A DNA stretch of 64,000 bases from an uncultured Poribacteria bacterium. GTDB lineage: Bacteria; Poribacteria; WGA-4E; WGA-3G. The DNA lies in NCBI GenBank assembly GCA_958296135.2, contig CATQHZ020000001.1:4064001-4128000 (forward strand). Reading direction: 5' to 3'. How positions within the stretch are numbered: the first letter of the stretch is position 1; the number at the start of each line of letters is the position of its first letter. This document shows, piece by piece, positions 60,240 to 64,000 of the stretch. Under the pieces are notes generated by a model. The model was not told the DNA's origin. It made no database searches and was given only the letters and a program-made list of their open reading frames with translations. The translations under genes and the position numbers were made by a program.

Positions 60240-61643
60240 TTACACAGCCCGCCGGGGCGGCGCGTATCTCGGATGGAAAGCACCTTCGCTGCCCTGGTCC
60301 GCTTCGATTTTCGCCGCTTGCCCACCGCCGGTGACAGAACATCTAGCACCGTCTAATTCGGGGAGGACATACCGATTAAACCACGCGCCCATCTGTTGGC
60401 GCATGTGGGTGATGCGCGCCTGCTGCGACTTCTCATCGCTCAGGTTTTTCCGTTCGCCCGGGTCATTGACTAAATCGTAGAGTTCGTGCGGGCCGTAGGG
60501 ATAGCGGTGGACATATTTCCACTCCTGCGTGCGAATCATGCGGACGGGGCCGTATTCGTCAAAGATGACGATTTCGTCTTTCGCGTCGTTCGTTTCGCCG
60601 GAAAGTGCCGGAACAAAACTTCGCCCGGGGCTCATCTCATCGTTCGGAGCTGGAAGGCCGAGGTAGTCCAGCAGCGTCGGCATGAAATCGTATTGGCTCA
60701 CCATCGCCTCGCTGATGCGCCCTTCAGGGATGCGCCCCGGATGACTGACGATGAACGGGACTTTCACCGAGTTTTCATACATATTCAGCGGGAAGGTGCC
60801 GTTGCCTTTATGCCAAAAGCCGTGATGCCCACACGAATAACCGTTATCACTGCTGAAAACGATGAGCGTGTTCTCGCGAATGCCGAGTTGCGCGAGCCGC
60901 TCTAAAATTCTGCCGACGTTTAAATCGAGTGCTGTTATCGCCGCGAAATAGCCTTTCAACGATTCGCGATTGCCCATGTGGACAGCGGCACCCTGCACCG
61001 CCCACGGATGCAACGCCTCCTGCGGACACGTCTTGAACGGACAGTCATCGTAGGAATCAACAATATCCTGCGGATGCCCGGTAAACGGCGTGTGCGGCGC
61101 GTTGTAGTTCACGCTCAGGTAGAAGGGGCCCCCCTTATTCTCAGAGATGAAATCCAGCGCGTCATCGGTGATGACATCGGTGAGGTAGCCGCGGTGCATT
61201 TCTACCTGCCCATTACGAATCATGTCCGCGTCGTTATATTTGCTGCCGCCGGTGGGCAAAGCGAACCAGTGACTGAACCCGTGCTGCGGTGTCAAGCTAT
61301 CGCCGAGGTGCCACTTGCCGCTGAGCCCGACAGTATAGTTACTGTCGGCGAGGACATCGGTGTAACAGGTGAGCCCATCTAAATACCGGGCCGGATTCGG
61401 CGGCATGTTTCCATCGCGAATCCAGTCATGCACGCCGTGTGCGGAGGGAATGCGACCGGTCATCAGGCTGGCGCGTGCCGGTGAGCAGACGGGGCTGGTG
61501 CAGAAGAAATTCGGGAAGCGGGTGCCTTCTGAAGCGAGCCTATTGAGAGAGGGGGTGCGCACTTCATCGTTGCCGCAGCAGCCGGCTGCCCACGGGCCCT
61601 GGTCATCGGTTAAAATGAAAATGACGTTGGGTTGGGTTTGCAT
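60240..61643 (-). CDS. Sulfatase
   Basis: PNVIFILTDD, CSPARASLMTG, GKWHLG, SDNG. Confidence 0.95.
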   Translation of the reverse strand: MQTQPNVIFILTDDQGPWAAGCCGNDEVRTPSLNRLASEGTRFPNFFCTSPVCSPARASLMTGRIPSAHGVHDWIRDGNMPPNPARYLDGLTCYTDVLADSNYTVGLSGKWHLGDSLTPQHGFSHWFALPTGGSKYNDADMIRNGQVEMHRGYLTDVITDDALDFISENKGGPFYLSVNYNAPHTPFTGHPQDIVDSYDDCPFKTCPQEALHPWAVQGAAVHMGNRESLKGYFAAITALDLNVGRILERLAQLGIRENTLIVFSSDNGYSCGHHGFWHKGNGTFPLNMYENSVKVPFIVSHPGRIPEGRISEAMVSQYDFMPTLLDYLGLPAPNDEMSPGRSFVPALSGETNDAKDEIVIFDEYGPVRMIRTQEWKYVHRYPYGPHELYDLVNDPGERKNLSDEKSQQARITHMRQQMGAWFNRYVLPELDGARCSVTGGGQAAKIEADQGSEGAFHPRYAPPRRAV

Positions 61644-61737
61644 TGTGAATCCTCTATAGATATTCGTCCTTTGTTCCCGTAGGGCGAGGGGCTGTCCCTC
61701 GCCGTGCCTCAACGCGAGTCTCGGGATAGACATCCGG

Positions 61738-62589
61738 CTATGCCACCGGAAATCCATCGCCGACAAGCGGTTCGCCATCCGCCACCTCAATCGCAGGGAC
61801 GAGGATGTGGCCGGGGGATTGCGCGTTGTTATAGCAGACTCCTTGCGCCATGAAAATCATCACAAACGCACGCCGTTGCCATTCGGTGACGTTCGGCGGG
61901 GTACCGTGAAAGTTTAAGCAGTGATGGAACATGCACTCGCCTGCTTTCAATTCGACTGGGATACCGTGACTAATGTCCATGTTTTGCCGTTCATTCCACT
62001 GATTCGGTGGCAGTTCGCGGCCTTCTTCCCGCGCTTTGGCGGCGGCTGCGTTCGCCCTGGCTCTCGCAGCGACAGAGAAGCGTTCATCTTTGTGGCTCTT
62101 CGGCATGACATGCATGCAGCCGCTGTCCACGGTTGCATCGTCTAGTGCGAGCCAGCAGCTGACGATATTCGGAGGGCTGAGCGGCCAAAAGAAAAAGTCG
62201 TGGTGGAAGCCGAAGTGCCCATTGTCGTGCGGCGGCTTGGAAATCACCTGGTCGTGCCATAAGCGCGCATCTGGCGTATCCAAAAGGGCCCGCACTGTCC
62301 CTGCGATGAGCGGATGGTGGATGGCACGTTCATAGTGGCCATCGCGCTTCCACATATTCACGTATTGGTGAATAGCGCGGGGGTGGCCGCTCCCTCGATT
62401 GAGCCGATTCTCACCCCGGTCGTGTCCATATTTGAATTCGGGGGACGAATCGTCGCCTGCGCCGAGTTCTAATTCAATAACGGCATCCAACCCGGCGCGC
62501 ATTGCCTCAACTTCTGCGCTATCTAAAACCTTGCCGAATTTGAGGTAGCCGTTCTCCTGAAAGAAATCGATCTGTTGTTGTGTTACCAT
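61738..62589 (-). CDS. Phytanoyl-CoA dioxygenase (PhyH) family protein
   Basis: HHD, WLALDDA..GCM, FHH...HG. Confidence 0.92.
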   Translation of the reverse strand: MVTQQQIDFFQENGYLKFGKVLDSAEVEAMRAGLDAVIELELGAGDDSSPEFKYGHDRGENRLNRGSGHPRAIHQYVNMWKRDGHYERAIHHPLIAGTVRALLDTPDARLWHDQVISKPPHDNGHFGFHHDFFFWPLSPPNIVSCWLALDDATVDSGCMHVMPKSHKDERFSVAARARANAAAAKAREEGRELPPNQWNERQNMDISHGIPVELKAGECMFHHCLNFHGTPPNVTEWQRRAFVMIFMAQGVCYNNAQSPGHILVPAIEVADGEPLVGDGFPVA

Positions 62590-62639
62590 GCTATTTCTCC
62601 TATGATGAAGGCTTAGCAAAGCCATCATTTTCAGTCTGA

Positions 62640-63398
62640 TTATATCGGAAATTGATGATTTCCCGCTGTTAATCCGCCATCAATAACGAAAACAGCACCT
62701 GTGGCAAAATTGGCTTCATCGGAGGCGAGGAAAAGCGCGGCGTTGGCGATGTCTATCGGTTGCCCAATGCGTCCGAGCGGATACCACGGCGTGATTTCCG
62801 CCAAAATCTTCGGGTTGCGTTCAAGCATCGGTTCCCACACCTCTGTCTGGATAGTTCCGGGGCAGATGCAATTGATGCGAATGTTATGTTTGCCGTGTGC
62901 TACGGCCATGGAGCGGGTTAACGCAATCACGCCGCCTTTCGCCGCAGAATAGGCATGGATGCCTTGCAATCCAATGAGGCCGTTGACAGAAGCGATATTG
63001 ACGATGCTGCCTCCGCCACCTTGTTGCATCACCGGGAGAACCGCTTCGGTGCAGTTGCTGGTGCCACGAAGAGCGACTGCCAAATTCGCCTCCCAATTGT
63101 TGTTTAAAACGTCTGCCGTTGCACAGATAGCGTTGTTTACCAATATGTCAACTTTTCCATAAGCGTCACCTGCCGCCGCGATGAGGCGTTCTGCTGCGTC
63201 GGCATCGGCAACATCGGCGTTAATGAATATCGCTTTTCTGCCTGCATCCGTGATGGCGGAAACGGTTGCCGTACCGAGGGTGTCATTTACGTCATCAACG
63301 ACGACGGTGGCCCCTTCTTGTGCGAAGCGGATGGCGATGGCTTTGCCGATGCCGCGCCCAGCTCCTGTGACGATGGCGATTTTATTTTTGAGACGCAT
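62640..63398 (-). CDS. Short-chain dehydrogenase/reductase
   Basis: TGAGRGIG, NNA, YSAAK. Confidence 0.95.
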   Translation of the reverse strand: MRLKNKIAIVTGAGRGIGKAIAIRFAQEGATVVVDDVNDTLGTATVSAITDAGRKAIFINADVADADAAERLIAAAGDAYGKVDILVNNAICATADVLNNNWEANLAVALRGTSNCTEAVLPVMQQGGGGSIVNIASVNGLIGLQGIHAYSAAKGGVIALTRSMAVAHGKHNIRINCICPGTIQTEVWEPMLERNPKILAEITPWYPLGRIGQPIDIANAALFLASDEANFATGAVFVIDGGLTAGNHQFPI

Positions 63399-63525
63399 CT
63401 TGTTTTTTCTCTGGTTATGCCGACTATTTCAAGACGTTTTTTACCTTGTTTTTTTCTGCGTTGAGTGGTAGAATAGTGACATCCACATTAAAGTGCATTC
63501 TTAAACGCGTAAGGAGAATCAAGAC

Positions 63526-63858
63526 ATGACAGCTGCTGGCATACGTTGGACAGTCCGTGACCGGCGTGGAAACGAGATTTATCTCACACAGGAGCGGTGG
63601 CAACATGTCATAGACCCAATTAACCATCCCGCAATGGAAAACCACGAGGCAGACCTGAAGGATACAATCCGGTACGGCATCCGAAGGCAAGAGGCGTTGG
63701 ATCCGCGGAAGTACCGGTACGTCAGAGGTTTTAATGATCCGACAGGCTGCAATACGCATATTACCGCTATTGTCCTTTTTGGGTTTCGCGATAACTCAGT
63801 TGGAGAACCTATCGCGAATAATTACATTGTCACAGCTTACCAAACGGAGATTGGGTAA
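63526..63858 (+). CDS. Putative BECR/DUF4258-like toxin
   Basis: LTQERWQHV...HP.M...IVTAY pattern; upstream of a DUF2283-like gene. Confidence 0.6.
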   Translation: MTAAGIRWTVRDRRGNEIYLTQERWQHVIDPINHPAMENHEADLKDTIRYGIRRQEALDPRKYRYVRGFNDPTGCNTHITAIVLFGFRDNSVGEPIANNYIVTAYQTEIG

Positions 63859-63914
63859 GCACAAATGGGGTGAAGCCGCGCAACGCGCTTTCACTCAATA
63901 CCCTACAAACAACC

Positions 63915-64000
63915 ATGAAGCAACCAATTTTCAACTACGACGAAATGAGCGATACGCTCTATGTCTCGTTTGCACCCGGCGAAAAAGCCACCGGTATTGA
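63915..64000 (+). CDS. DUF2283-like protein (partial, cut by window edge)
   Basis: MKQPIFNYDEMSDTLYVSF (YD..D.LY motif). Confidence 0.7.
   Translation, partial: MKQPIFNYDEMSDTLYVSFAPGEKATGI

Overview
Bacterial chromosomal window, GC-rich with AT-rich promoter islands. The gene mix suggests Candidatus Poribacteria or a relative (inference): PhyH, sulfatase, several Gfo/Idh/MocA enzymes, a PSD1/DUF1501 pair, and cohesin-dockerin proteins ending in an 'NYPNPFNPETWIPY' FlgD-Ig tail. It contains an extended suf Fe-S cluster, a fused restriction-modification gene, a divergent sigma-70 factor, sugar-metabolism genes, a rearranged HigBA-like toxin-antitoxin array, four tandem secreted C-type-lectin proteins, folB, moaDE, tgt and an archaeal-type pantoate kinase. 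Two signals stand out that the gene list does not explain. (1) A dense population of GTAG-type REP-like palindromes lies between genes and is also inserted in frame inside at least six protein-coding genes. (2) Several intergenic stretches fold by eye into closed multi-helix structures, most notably a ~500-nt candidate large ncRNA at ~21220-21738 behind a tandem 44-bp repeat. I recognised no tRNA, rRNA, CRISPR array or transposase. All calls come from reading motifs by eye; no searches were run.
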